Shown: in pieces, positions 36,441-46,018 of the stretch | How positions within the stretch are numbered: the first letter of the stretch is position 1 | Layout of the letters: every line of letters starts with the position of its first letter | Source: Candidatus Latescibacterota bacterium | GTDB taxonomy: Bacteria; Latescibacterota; UBA2968 | Assembly (NCBI GenBank): GCA_965222605.1 | Contig: OZ244960.1 | Location: 6,208,001 to 6,272,000 of the forward strand | Direction of reading: 5' to 3' | DNA: 64,000 nt | Made by a program: the position numbers and the translations under genes | Notes under the pieces: model-generated | Seen by the model: the letters and a program-made list of their open reading frames with translations, nothing else | Told to the model about the DNA's origin: nothing | Database searches by the model: none

Positions 36441-37844
36441 TTATACAGTAAATTCTGGTCGGCCCAGGGCGTCAGTGGATTCTTGGCGCTGGTAAATAGG
36501 GATCTCGCCGCTGGCATCTTCGAGAATACGGCGTTTTGCTCGTTCGATTCTGTCTGCGGCTCTTTCGGCGATGTTCTGGGTGCAATCCGGGTCTGATTCC
36601 AGGTCGAAGACGCGAGGGCCAGAAAAGTCTGCCTGGGAAAAAAACCATGTGGTCTGGTCTTTGTACCAGACAGAATTGCTATAACGGCAGGTCAGATAGT
36701 CTCGCTCGCTGAAAGTGCCTGAGGATTTCACGATGGGTAGCAGGCTTTGTCCGTCGATTTGCCCAAGTGGTGAAACACCGGAAAGATCGAGCACTGTCGC
36801 GGGTATATCGAGGGTATAGACAAAGGCGTCGGAGATAGTTCCAGCGCCTTTATTTTGTGGGTGTCGCAAGATCATCGGGATGCACATGGTACCCGGATAC
36901 ATATATTCTGCGGGTTTGCCGGTTACGCCTTCGGCATTGTCGGCGAAATTTGTGCCGTGGTCGCTTAAAAAAATGACCATGGTATTATCCCGCAAGCCCA
37001 CTCTGTCGATTGTATCGACCAGTCGTCCGAACCAGGTATCCACCATTGTGACGAGTCCGGCATAATTGGCGCGAATAGAAATGAGCCGATCTTCGTAGTC
37101 GGGATTGGCGCTCAGAGGAGCATAAGGCACATTGAGACAAATAGGTTCTCTGTCTTCGCGGCTGCCATACAGGTCGTAGTAGTGGAGCGGTGCTTCCCAG
37201 GTTTCGTGGGGGGTAAAGCTATCGACGTAGAGGTAAAAAGGCGTGTTTGAAGCGTTTTGCTCAAGGAATTCAATGGCAGCGCGAAATGTCCGTGCGGTGG
37301 GCCAGATCTCTTCGGGACGATGGGGTTGCACATTGACCAGATGGGCGCGGATCAGATTTTCGGTCTGTCCTTTTCTGAGCTTGTAACATTCGATCAATGC
37401 CGGGTCTGCTGCGGCTATGGCGCGATAGCGATCCTCGGCCTGGCCGCGAATGAATTGCCACTGGCGAAAGCCCCGTGTAAAATTCATTCCAGGGACAAAG
37501 TAATGGGGAACATCGGCAAAGAAACCGGTGTGATAATCGCTCTGCACAAGTGCTTCGGCGATTGTGCCCTCATCTGTTGACATAGGCTGCCATCCGGCAA
37601 TATAGACATTGTCCCAGGGAACGGGACGATAGTCTTTAAAGGGGAAGGCTCTGCGCCCAGTGTGAAGGGTTCGCCGAGTTGGAATGGTGGGCAGGCACTC
37701 GGGATGGGCATTGGTGAAGCGCACGCCCTCTTCGGCAAATTGGTCGAGGTTTGGCGTGTGGACCCAGTCGTTTCCATAAGCACCCAGGAATGATGTGCGA
37801 AATGTATCGGCTACGATGACGACGATGTTCATAGGGTTTGACAT
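36441..37844 (-). CDS. Sulfatase/alkaline phosphatase superfamily hydrolase with Thr at the nucleophile position
   Basis: NIVVIVADTFR, TPNLD, PTIPTRRTLHTG, FTPHE, SDHG. Confidence 0.85.
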   Translation of the reverse strand: MSNPMNIVVIVADTFRTSFLGAYGNDWVHTPNLDQFAEEGVRFTNAHPECLPTIPTRRTLHTGRRAFPFKDYRPVPWDNVYIAGWQPMSTDEGTIAEALVQSDYHTGFFADVPHYFVPGMNFTRGFRQWQFIRGQAEDRYRAIAAADPALIECYKLRKGQTENLIRAHLVNVQPHRPEEIWPTARTFRAAIEFLEQNASNTPFYLYVDSFTPHETWEAPLHYYDLYGSREDREPICLNVPYAPLSANPDYEDRLISIRANYAGLVTMVDTWFGRLVDTIDRVGLRDNTMVIFLSDHGTNFADNAEGVTGKPAEYMYPGTMCIPMILRHPQNKGAGTISDAFVYTLDIPATVLDLSGVSPLGQIDGQSLLPIVKSSGTFSERDYLTCRYSNSVWYKDQTTWFFSQADFSGPRVFDLESDPDCTQNIAERAADRIERAKRRILEDASGEIPIYQRQESTDALGRPEFTV

Positions 37845-37888
37845 TGGGAAATCTCCTTTGGGAAGAGCAGTATGCAAGTGTATTAAAA

Positions 37889-38935
37889 CTATGTTTTTCC
37901 AGGTGCATTCTGTAGTTGTTCATTTCCCCAAGGAAATGATTGCACTTTCAGAGATCGATCCACGTCTGAAAGGGCGATTTTTGCGCCCCCTTGCTTTGAG
38001 GAGTGGTGGATGGCGAATCCGATCTCTGTGGCCCTGCGTGCATGGTTGATATCACAGGCCGTGCGGCTACCCGTTTTAATGGCCTGAACGAGATCGCGCA
38101 CCATTGCCGATCCTGTTGGCCACAGTTCTTCGTCTGTGGGAAGACTGAGGGGCTGGTACGCATCTTCTCGATAGAGATGGGCGTGCGTTGCGTCAGAGAG
38201 GATGGATAGATGACCGTTTGTTCCAGTGATTTGAAAACCGGGGCCTTTGCCGCCATCTGTTGTAATGTAGGCGACTACGCCGTTGTCCAGACCTATTTGA
38301 GCACGCGCAGGCGGGTCGAGTTTGCGGCGTTCATCGTCCGAATTGCCGTGGTCAATTAAACCACTGACCCATAAGGGTTCGGGATCGCCCAATAAGCCCA
38401 GCAAGGCGTCGTACCAATGGCAGCCGTGGTTGATGGTATTGGGCAGGCCATAAGCGACGAGACTTGTGATGGTTCCGATGAGGCCGCTCATATTCTCGCG
38501 AAGGTGGCGATAGGGGAGAGACCAGCGCCGGTCAAGGCCAAAGCAGAGGGGGATGTCTGCACACGCTGCGATGATGCGATCCATCTCCGCAAGGGTGGTG
38601 GCCAAAGGCTTGTCGCAGAGAATACCCCGAACGCCTGCTGTGGCAGCGGCTTCTATCTGATCGGCGTGCATGGTCTGGCGCGTGGCAATGCAGAGTACAT
38701 CTGGTTTGATCTCTTTGAGCATGTGTTCATAGTTACCGAAGGTTGGGATATCGCCCCAAACGTCCTGCCAGCAGGTGACAAATTTCGCTCGCGTTTCTGC
38801 GCCGTAATCGAATACACCGACGATCTGAGTTTCTGGAACGGTCCGAAAAGCCGCGGCAAAATTGTGATGGGTCAAATCGCGCAGCAGCATGCGATGACAG
38901 CCAGCGATGGCGACTCTCAGTTTTTTTTTAGCCAT
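37889..38935 (-). CDS. Gfo/Idh/MocA family oxidoreductase
   Basis: VAIAGC, GILCDKPLA, HGCHWYD; GGAGG RBS. Confidence 0.85.
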   Translation of the reverse strand: MAKKKLRVAIAGCHRMLLRDLTHHNFAAAFRTVPETQIVGVFDYGAETRAKFVTCWQDVWGDIPTFGNYEHMLKEIKPDVLCIATRQTMHADQIEAAATAGVRGILCDKPLATTLAEMDRIIAACADIPLCFGLDRRWSLPYRHLRENMSGLIGTITSLVAYGLPNTINHGCHWYDALLGLLGDPEPLWVSGLIDHGNSDDERRKLDPPARAQIGLDNGVVAYITTDGGKGPGFQITGTNGHLSILSDATHAHLYREDAYQPLSLPTDEELWPTGSAMVRDLVQAIKTGSRTACDINHARRATEIGFAIHHSSKQGGAKIALSDVDRSLKVQSFPWGNEQLQNAPGKT

Positions 38936-39171
38936 TAATCCCTCCTATAAATATAATTTACGTATCGAAATCCAAATTAATATATCCAGCGACAAGAGTA
39001 AAGAGTTGAAACACTTTGAATGCCCAAACGAGATTCAGGACTTGCCCCGCCCATGATTTTGCTTATTTTTGTAAATCAAGGAACCATTGAAACAAGCTGT
39101 TGAGCAAGCCAAAAATGATTCGTCAGAATGAATTTCACAAACAAACACCAAAACAAAAAAGGAACCATCCC

Positions 39172-40278
39172 ATGCTGACGAGCCTTACAGTAACAAACTT
39201 CCGCAATCTCAAATCGGTCACGCTGGAAGGTCTTGGCCGGATAACGCTGATTGGCGGAAAAAACGGAGCAGGCAAGACCGCTCTGCTCGAAGCTCTCTGG
39301 CTACTCAGTGGTCCTGATCTCCCGGATTTAACTGCGAGGATGAACGCATTCAGGGGGATGCTTATAAGTGGTCCGGAGATTACCTTCCACGACATTTTTT
39401 GTGACTTTGATATTGGCAGGCACATCAGAATAAGTGCCCATGGAGATTGGGGTAGCCTTCCGCGTAAATTGGAGATCTATCTACAGAATCGCCAACAGAT
39501 TGACACTATTCATTCGGATGCTCTGGAAAAGGCCAGTATAGAACGCTTAACGCGACCCATAACTGAAAGTGCACTTGAGATCATGTTCAAATATCAGCAT
39601 GATAATGAAGAAGAATATGTATCGCGGGCTTGGTGGATTTTGGAACAGAAGTCGGATGACCCTGATACTTCACTGACGGAGGGTATCAGGGGGGAACGTC
39701 AAGCAATTCCCAAAAGACCTACTTCGGTATTCATGGCAGCGGTTCACAGAGAGAACCTTCAGACCACTGCATCGAGATTTAGTAGATTTCAGTTAGAAGG
39801 AATGGACAAAAAAATTCTGGAATTCATTCGTCCATTGGAACCCCGATTACAGGTATTAACGTTGATAACGATCAATAATATACCCGTCATTCACGCCTAC
39901 ATAGATGGTATGGATAGGCCAATACCAGTCCAATTGCTTGGCGAAGGCTTGAATCGAATGCTCGGACTCGTGTTGTCTATGAGCGAGGCAAGTGGCGGAT
40001 TGCTCCTGATTGACGAGATTGAAAACGGACTGCATTATAGCGTACAAGAAGAAGTGTTTTCCATCTTACTGGACTTGGCTAAATCATTTGATGTGCAGAT
40101 ATTTGCCACAACACACAGCGACGAGTGCATCCGAGCAGCGTACCGAGCTCTTAGAAAACATGGACCTCAAGAGTTGGCATTCTACCGCCTTGATCGCGTC
40201 AATGAAGAGGTCAAGGTTGTGAGTTTTGACGATGAAATGCTTGAAACGGCCACTGAATTTAACATGGAGATAAGATAA
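39172..40278 (+). CDS. AAA_15/AAA_21 (ABC-like) ATPase of defence/TA type
   Basis: LTVTNFRNL, GKNGAGKT Walker A, LGEG, LLIDEIENGLH Walker B, FATTHS. Confidence 0.88.
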   Translation: MLTSLTVTNFRNLKSVTLEGLGRITLIGGKNGAGKTALLEALWLLSGPDLPDLTARMNAFRGMLISGPEITFHDIFCDFDIGRHIRISAHGDWGSLPRKLEIYLQNRQQIDTIHSDALEKASIERLTRPITESALEIMFKYQHDNEEEYVSRAWWILEQKSDDPDTSLTEGIRGERQAIPKRPTSVFMAAVHRENLQTTASRFSRFQLEGMDKKILEFIRPLEPRLQVLTLITINNIPVIHAYIDGMDRPIPVQLLGEGLNRMLGLVLSMSEASGGLLLIDEIENGLHYSVQEEVFSILLDLAKSFDVQIFATTHSDECIRAAYRALRKHGPQELAFYRLDRVNEEVKVVSFDDEMLETATEFNMEIR

Positions 40279-40374
40279 GTGCCAGACGACCCGAAGATCA
40301 AACAACCGAAACAGGTCATTGTCGAAGGCAACGACGAAATCCGTCCTTTGAAGGACCTCCTCAAAATACTATAA
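40279..40374 (+). pseudogene. Truncated TOPRIM-like (DUF3226-type) partner of the ATPase
   Basis: GTG right after the ATPase stop gives MPDDPKIKQPKQVIVEGNDEIRPLKDLLKIL*, with an IVEG.D motif and a stop after 31 aa. Confidence 0.65.
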
Positions 40375-40429
40375 GGCAATTATTCAAAACCAATTTTAGA
40401 AACAATCACCTCAATATTGGAGTATTAAT

Positions 40430-40870
40430 ATGGCAATTACACAGCTTGAACCCCGAGAAGCAAAAGCAGCGATGGATGAAGCGGAAAATTCTGTTTATAT
40501 CGATGTTCGCACGGAAATGGAGTTTGCTCAGGGGCATCCCGAAGGCGCTATCAATATCCCCATTGCAATCCCCGGCGCGGCGGGAATGATGCCAAATCCC
40601 GATTTTCTGAATGTTGTGCAAAAGATACTTCCCGATAAAGAGCAACCCGTTTTTTGTGGGTGTCAGGTTGGGATGCGTTCTCAGATGGCTGCGGACTTGA
40701 TGGCGCAGTTGGGGTATTCGAATCTGGCCAATGTTCAGGGCGGATTTGGTGGAAAAGTCGAAAATGGCGTTCTCGTAGTGGTGGGATGGCGCGATTCTAA
40801 TTTGCCTGTCGAAACCGATGTCAACGAGTCCAATTCTTACGCGAGTCTGAAGGCGCGGGCTGAGTCGTAG
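40430..40870 (+). CDS. Rhodanese-like protein
   Basis: IDVRTEMEFAQGHPEGAINIP, CQVGMRS, NVQGGF. Confidence 0.9.
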   Translation: MAITQLEPREAKAAMDEAENSVYIDVRTEMEFAQGHPEGAINIPIAIPGAAGMMPNPDFLNVVQKILPDKEQPVFCGCQVGMRSQMAADLMAQLGYSNLANVQGGFGGKVENGVLVVVGWRDSNLPVETDVNESNSYASLKARAES

Positions 40871-40906
40871 GGAGACCAGACCATCAGGTGTTTCATTTGA
40901 TGGAAA

Positions 40907-41998
40907 TTGGGATATAAATCCTGTTCAATATTGTGGCAGAGGCAGTTACGAGTGATCAGACCAAAGAACACACAAGCGCGCGAGGCATTTGTTGCAGCAG
41001 CAGATTTGCAGGCCGGCAGTCAGGTTTTGGATCTCGGCTGGGAGGGAGACTGCCTCGAATACTTACAGAAAACAGGTGCGCTGGTGACTTTTGTGGGAGA
41101 GGATATTCGCGCTGTGCAAAAGGCAGAAGCTCTTCGGATAAATGGGGTGCTCGGTGAAATGCCCGCACAGATAGTTTCCAATGTACAGGTTGTATTGTAC
41201 AAACCCACACAGAGATCTGCTAAGGGTCAGGTATTTGAATGGATTGATCAGGGTTTTCGAGCACTTGAAAGGGGTGGCGCGCTTTATCTGGCCGGGCAGC
41301 GAAATCGCGGCATTAGAAGTTATGTCGCATATTTGCATGCTGTTTTTGGCAATAGCAAACGCGTAGGGCGCGTGGGCAGAGTGGAAATTTACAGCGCGAA
41401 AAAAAAGCAGAACGATCCTTTGCAAGCACCAGTTGACAATCGAATGACATTTGAATTGCGCGATTTGCCGGGCAGTCCATACGGCGTTGAAACTCGTGCG
41501 GGCGTTTTTTCGAGGGATGGACTCGATAACGGGACGAGGTTGCTAATCGACTGCATGGAAGTTCGGCCCACCGACCGTGTACTGGACTGGGGGTGTGGCT
41601 GGGGCGCACTTGGCATGGTTGCTGCGCGTCTATCTGCAAAAGGCAATGCAACGCTCGTCGATTCAAATATTCGCGCTATTTCCTGTGCAAAGGAAAATTT
41701 GAGGCGAAATCGAATTTGCAATGCAGTGACTCGTGTGGTAGATGCTCGCGTTTTTGACCCGCGCGAAAAATTCGATCTCATTGTTTCAAACCCGCCCTTT
41801 CACGATGGCAATTCAGCGGCACACCCCCTTATTGAGGGTGCTTTTCGGGCACTGCGACCGGAAGGGCGTTTGATGCTTGTTGTGATGCGTCCAGAAGCGT
41901 ATCTGAAACATATCCGCAGGGTTTTTGGGCAGGGGAATGTCAATGTCATGGCTCAAAAAGATGGATATGTCGTTCTCCATGCCCATATTGGGAACTAA
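40907..41998 (+). CDS. RsmC/MTS-like class I SAM methyltransferase (start uncertain)
   Basis: GVFSRDGLDNGTRLL, LDWGCGWG, IVSNPPFH; degenerate N-terminal MTase domain. Confidence 0.8.
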   Translation: MGYKSCSILWQRQLRVIRPKNTQAREAFVAAADLQAGSQVLDLGWEGDCLEYLQKTGALVTFVGEDIRAVQKAEALRINGVLGEMPAQIVSNVQVVLYKPTQRSAKGQVFEWIDQGFRALERGGALYLAGQRNRGIRSYVAYLHAVFGNSKRVGRVGRVEIYSAKKKQNDPLQAPVDNRMTFELRDLPGSPYGVETRAGVFSRDGLDNGTRLLIDCMEVRPTDRVLDWGCGWGALGMVAARLSAKGNATLVDSNIRAISCAKENLRRNRICNAVTRVVDARVFDPREKFDLIVSNPPFHDGNSAAHPLIEGAFRALRPEGRLMLVVMRPEAYLKHIRRVFGQGNVNVMAQKDGYVVLHAHIGN

Positions 41999-42050
41999 TG
42001 TATCATACAGGCGTTTATCGCAATGAAGTATAAGGTCTGATAGTTGGACA

Positions 42051-42120
42051 CGGGTTTCCGCACGTGTTCAGTCTGGTCCCCTCCCACCAGATTGGGCGTC
42101 TCGCGGAAGCCCGCTTTTTT
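42051..42120 (+). ncRNA. Long hairpin with C-rich loop and U-tract (candidate sRNA or long terminator)
   Basis: CGGGTTTCCGC...GTTCAGTCTGGT-CCCCTCCC-ACCAGATTGGGC...GCGGAAGCCCG-CTTTTTT. Confidence 0.5.
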
Positions 42121-42170
42121 GTGGTTGACACATCCATTTTCAAAGCGTTAATTCTTATCCGGCAAAAGGC

Positions 42171-42199
42171 TTGACAGTCTGGACCTCCGTTTGTATCCT
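42171..42199 (+). promoter_or_regulatory. Putative sigma70 promoter of the second molybdoenzyme operon
   Basis: TTGACA-17 nt-TATCCT; a second TTGACA at 42125. Confidence 0.55.
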
Positions 42200-42301
42200 T
42201 AGCTTCTTAACAAAATTCAAAAGCATCCGCAGATGATCCCTGTGAAAACGGGTAATAAACGCAGATAAAATCTGTGGTTTTAATAAAGAGGAGGAAAAAT
42301 T

Positions 42302-43177
42302 TTGAACGCATTTGATTATGAAGCACCCCAGTCTGTAGATGAGGCTATTTCTCTGCTTAGCGCGGGAAATGGCAATGTCGGCATTTTGGCGGGTGGCACG
42401 GACTTGATCGCGCAGTTGCAGGAGGGGCGCAAGATCGATTTGATGCTCGATCTCAAGCAGATTCCCGAAGCAACGGCGTTGAGTTTTGATGAGGACAGCG
42501 GTTTGAGCATTGGCGCGGCAACACCGTGTTCCAAAATTTACAGTTATGATGTTGTCCAAAGCCGTTATCCTGCGCTTGTGGATTGTACTTCGCTCATCGG
42601 TTCTATTCAGATTCAAAACCGCGGAACAGTTGGGGGCAATTTCTGCAATGCCTCGCCCGCAGCGGATACCCCACCTGCTGTCATTGTCCTGGGCAGCACA
42701 TGTCGTATTGCAGGGGCAAATGGCACGCGCGAAGTCGCCGCGGAAGATTTCTTTACCGGTCCCGGGCAAAGTGTTCTTCAATCCGGCGAGTTTCTCATTT
42801 CTATTCAGGTGTCAACGCCTGCTGCCAATTCGGGAGCATTTTTCCTGCGATTCATTCCGCGCAATGAAATGGATATTGCCGTGGCCAATGCTGCGGCGTC
42901 TGTGGTTTTGGACAGCGATAAAACGACCATTCAAGAGGCGCGGGTGTCAATTGGAGCCGTTGCACCCACACCCTTGCTCGTTGCCGATGCAGGCGCAGCA
43001 CTTGCAGGGAAAGCAGTAGATGATGAAGACGCAATAGAAGCGGCTTGTGAGGCATCTCGCGCAGCAGCCAGGCCAATTAGCGATATGCGGGGAACTATCG
43101 AACAGCGGATTCACCTGTCCGGCGTTTTGACGCGCCGCGCCATTCAGGGAGCCATTCAGAGAGCAAAGGAGTCTTGA
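42302..43177 (+). CDS. CoxM/XdhB-like FAD-binding subunit
   Basis: GAGGAGG RBS with TTG start; LAGGTDL, QNRGTVGGNFCNASPAAD, PISDMRG. Confidence 0.9.
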   Translation: MNAFDYEAPQSVDEAISLLSAGNGNVGILAGGTDLIAQLQEGRKIDLMLDLKQIPEATALSFDEDSGLSIGAATPCSKIYSYDVVQSRYPALVDCTSLIGSIQIQNRGTVGGNFCNASPAADTPPAVIVLGSTCRIAGANGTREVAAEDFFTGPGQSVLQSGEFLISIQVSTPAANSGAFFLRFIPRNEMDIAVANAAASVVLDSDKTTIQEARVSIGAVAPTPLLVADAGAALAGKAVDDEDAIEAACEASRAAARPISDMRGTIEQRIHLSGVLTRRAIQGAIQRAKES

Positions 43178-43181
43178 TCGC

Positions 43182-43658
43182 ATGCCAGGAAAAGTTCACG
43201 TTACAACGACAATCAATGGAGAATCAGTCGAGTTTTTGTGCGAACCTCGGCAGACAATTCTCGAAGTTTTGCGAGACCAACTCGATCTTACGGGCACGAA
43301 AGAGGGCTGCAGCAACGGCAACTGCGGCGCGTGTAGCATACTGGTCAATGGACAGGTTATCGATTCCTGTCTGATGATGGCCGTCGAAGCCGAAGGGCAG
43401 GAACTCACGACGATTGAAGGCGTTGCAAGTGCCGATGGTTTGCATCCTCTTCAGCAGAAATTTCTCGAACACGCAGCTCTCCAGTGCGGTATTTGTACGC
43501 CGGGCTTTATTGTAGCCGCCAAAGCGTTGCTCGATCAAGAGTCAAATCCTTCTGAAGAACGCATTCGGTTATACTTAGCGGGGAACCTGTGCCGTTGTAC
43601 GGGGTATGACAAAATCGTTCGCGCGGTACAAGACGCCGCATCTGTCATGGCCGAATAG
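43182..43658 (+). CDS. CoxS/XdhC-like 2x[2Fe-2S] subunit
   Basis: GCSNGNCGAC, QCGICTPG, GNLCRCTGY; no Tat signal. Confidence 0.92.
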   Translation: MPGKVHVTTTINGESVEFLCEPRQTILEVLRDQLDLTGTKEGCSNGNCGACSILVNGQVIDSCLMMAVEAEGQELTTIEGVASADGLHPLQQKFLEHAALQCGICTPGFIVAAKALLDQESNPSEERIRLYLAGNLCRCTGYDKIVRAVQDAASVMAE

Positions 43659-43673
43659 GGAGGTGATCCCATA

Positions 43674-45968
43674 ATGGCGACAAAAACAGAAGATTATCTG
43701 GGCATTACAGATTACAAAGTTATTGGCACCCGTCCGATCCGGCACGATGGCGTCGATAAAGTCGTCGGTCGGGCAAAATACGGTGCAGATATCGATATGG
43801 CTGGCATGTTGCACGGGGCAGTTGTGCGCAGCCCACACGCGCATGCGCGGATCAAATCGATAGATACGAGCAAGGCAGAAGCACTTTCAGGTGTAAAAGC
43901 CGTGATCACGGTTGAAGACCTGCCATTGCAAGAAGACAAAATTGAAGACCTCGGCGAAGGTGCTGCAAATCTCCGCCATCTGCGCGCAAATGTGCTGGCC
44001 GATGGCAAGGTATTGTACCACGGACATGCCGTGGCTGGGGTTGCGGCAACAGATATTCACACGGCGCAGGAAGCCGTCGATTTGATCGATGTCGAATACG
44101 AGGTGCTACAACCCGTTTTAACTGTCCACGAAGCCATGGAAGAGGACGCACCTTTGCTTCTGGAAGACCAGACCACGCAGTCACTGGGCGAGGATACGGG
44201 GCAAAAAAGCAATGTGTGTACCCATTTTCGCCATGAATTGGGCGATGTAGAAAAGGGATTTGCAGAGGCGGAACTCGTCATTGAGCGAGAATTTGATACG
44301 GCGACGGTTCACCAGGGGTATATTGAACCCCAAAATGCCACGTCCTTGTGGGGTGCTGATGATCAGATCACGGTATGGTGCAGCACGCAGGGCGCTTTTA
44401 CCGTGCGCGAACAGACCGCGCAGATATTGGATGTGCCGGTTTCGCAGGTCAAGGTCGTTCCCATGGAAATCGGCGGTGGATTTGGAGGCAAAATTCGGAT
44501 TTATCTCGAACCTCTGGCCGCAATTCTGTCAAAAAAGACGGGACGCCCCGTCAAGATGGTCATGAGCCGAACGGAAGTTCTGCAGGCGACTGGCCCAACT
44601 GCAGGCTCTTTTATCAAGTGCAAAATGGGGATTGACAAAGCGGGCAAGCTCGTCGCCGCATATGCCTATATGGCGTATGAGTCGGGTGGTTTTCCCGGCA
44701 GTTGGGCGGCTCCAGGTGCCATGTGCATTTTCGCGCCCTACAATATTCCCAATGTGCTGATTGATGGTTATGAAGTGCTGGTCAATAAACCGCAGACCAT
44801 GGCTTATCGGGCACCCGGTGCCACCAATGCAGCTTTTGCTTCAGAAACGATTATCGACGAGATTTGCGAGCAATTGGATGTTGATCCACTCGAGTTTCGG
44901 CTCAACAATTCTGCCAGAGAAGGCACGCGACGCGCAGATGGTCCGGTTTATCCGCGAATTGGTAACGAGGAATGTGTCAAAATAGCCCTGTCTTCTGAGC
45001 ACTATGCGACGCAACTCGATGGCAAAAATCGCGGGCGCGGGATTGCTTCGGGTTTCTGGTTCAACGTAGGCTTGAAGTCGAGCGCTGCTGCCAGTGTAAA
45101 TTCCGATGGCACGGTCAGTCTAGTTGAGGGTTCTGCAGACATTGGCGGAACCCGAACATCTATTGCAATGCAATTGGCCGAAGTGCTCGGTATTCGGGCA
45201 GAAGATGTCAAACCACAGGTGGCTGATACGGATTCTATCGGCGATACAGATGTGACCGGGGGAAGCCGCACGACATTTGCAACCGGGTGGGCGGCCTATC
45301 AGTGCGCCCTGGATATTAAGGAGCAGTTGATCGAGCGCGCGGCGAAATTGTGGGAGATCTCGGCTGATGATGTGGTTTTCGACGATGGTACATTTTCTTC
45401 ATCTGACTCTTCTAAGACTGTCTCGTTCAAAGAGTTGGCCGGAATGCTTGACGAAACTGGTGGCCCCGTTATGGGCAGGGCAACCGTAAATCCGTCCGGC
45501 GTGGGTGGAGCTTTTGCGGTAATGATTGCCGATATCGAGGTCGATATCGAAACGGGTAAAGTGGAGATTTTGCGCGTCTCTATGATTCAAGACGCTGGCA
45601 AAGCTGTTTATCCCAGTTATGTCGAAGGGCAGATGCAGGGGGGAGCGGCACAGGGCATTGGCTGGGCGCTCAACGAAGAATATGCCTATAATGGAGATGG
45701 CCTTTTGACCAATGCGAGTTTGCTCGATTATCGGATGCCGACGTGCCTCGATTTGCCCATGATTGAGACCCATATCGTCGAAGTGCCAAATCCCGGTCAT
45801 CCCTACGGTGTACGAGGGGTGGGGGAAGTCCCGATTGTTCCGCCTGCTGCAGCAATTGCAAATGCGATTTACGATGCTGTAGGCGTGAGAATGACGAATT
45901 TGCCCATGTCACCTGGTGAAATTCTCAAAGCGTTGTGGGCAAAAAATGGGGGAAATGGGACAGCCTGA
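43674..45968 (+). CDS. Xanthine dehydrogenase family molybdopterin-binding subunit
   Basis: RSPHAHARI, GGGFGGK, AYRAPG, RGVGE. Confidence 0.92.
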   Translation: MATKTEDYLGITDYKVIGTRPIRHDGVDKVVGRAKYGADIDMAGMLHGAVVRSPHAHARIKSIDTSKAEALSGVKAVITVEDLPLQEDKIEDLGEGAANLRHLRANVLADGKVLYHGHAVAGVAATDIHTAQEAVDLIDVEYEVLQPVLTVHEAMEEDAPLLLEDQTTQSLGEDTGQKSNVCTHFRHELGDVEKGFAEAELVIEREFDTATVHQGYIEPQNATSLWGADDQITVWCSTQGAFTVREQTAQILDVPVSQVKVVPMEIGGGFGGKIRIYLEPLAAILSKKTGRPVKMVMSRTEVLQATGPTAGSFIKCKMGIDKAGKLVAAYAYMAYESGGFPGSWAAPGAMCIFAPYNIPNVLIDGYEVLVNKPQTMAYRAPGATNAAFASETIIDEICEQLDVDPLEFRLNNSAREGTRRADGPVYPRIGNEECVKIALSSEHYATQLDGKNRGRGIASGFWFNVGLKSSAAASVNSDGTVSLVEGSADIGGTRTSIAMQLAEVLGIRAEDVKPQVADTDSIGDTDVTGGSRTTFATGWAAYQCALDIKEQLIERAAKLWEISADDVVFDDGTFSSSDSSKTVSFKELAGMLDETGGPVMGRATVNPSGVGGAFAVMIADIEVDIETGKVEILRVSMIQDAGKAVYPSYVEGQMQGGAAQGIGWALNEEYAYNGDGLLTNASLLDYRMPTCLDLPMIETHIVEVPNPGHPYGVRGVGEVPIVPPAAAIANAIYDAVGVRMTNLPMSPGEILKALWAKNGGNGTA

Positions 45969-46018
45969 TTTGTGTGTATCTGAATAGACCACTATGAACC
46001 CAACCCAAAGGGGGTAAC

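Noticed and set aside
42302-45968. Aerobic CO dehydrogenase (coxMSL)
   Set aside because: It lacks the AYXCSFR motif and cox accessory genes.
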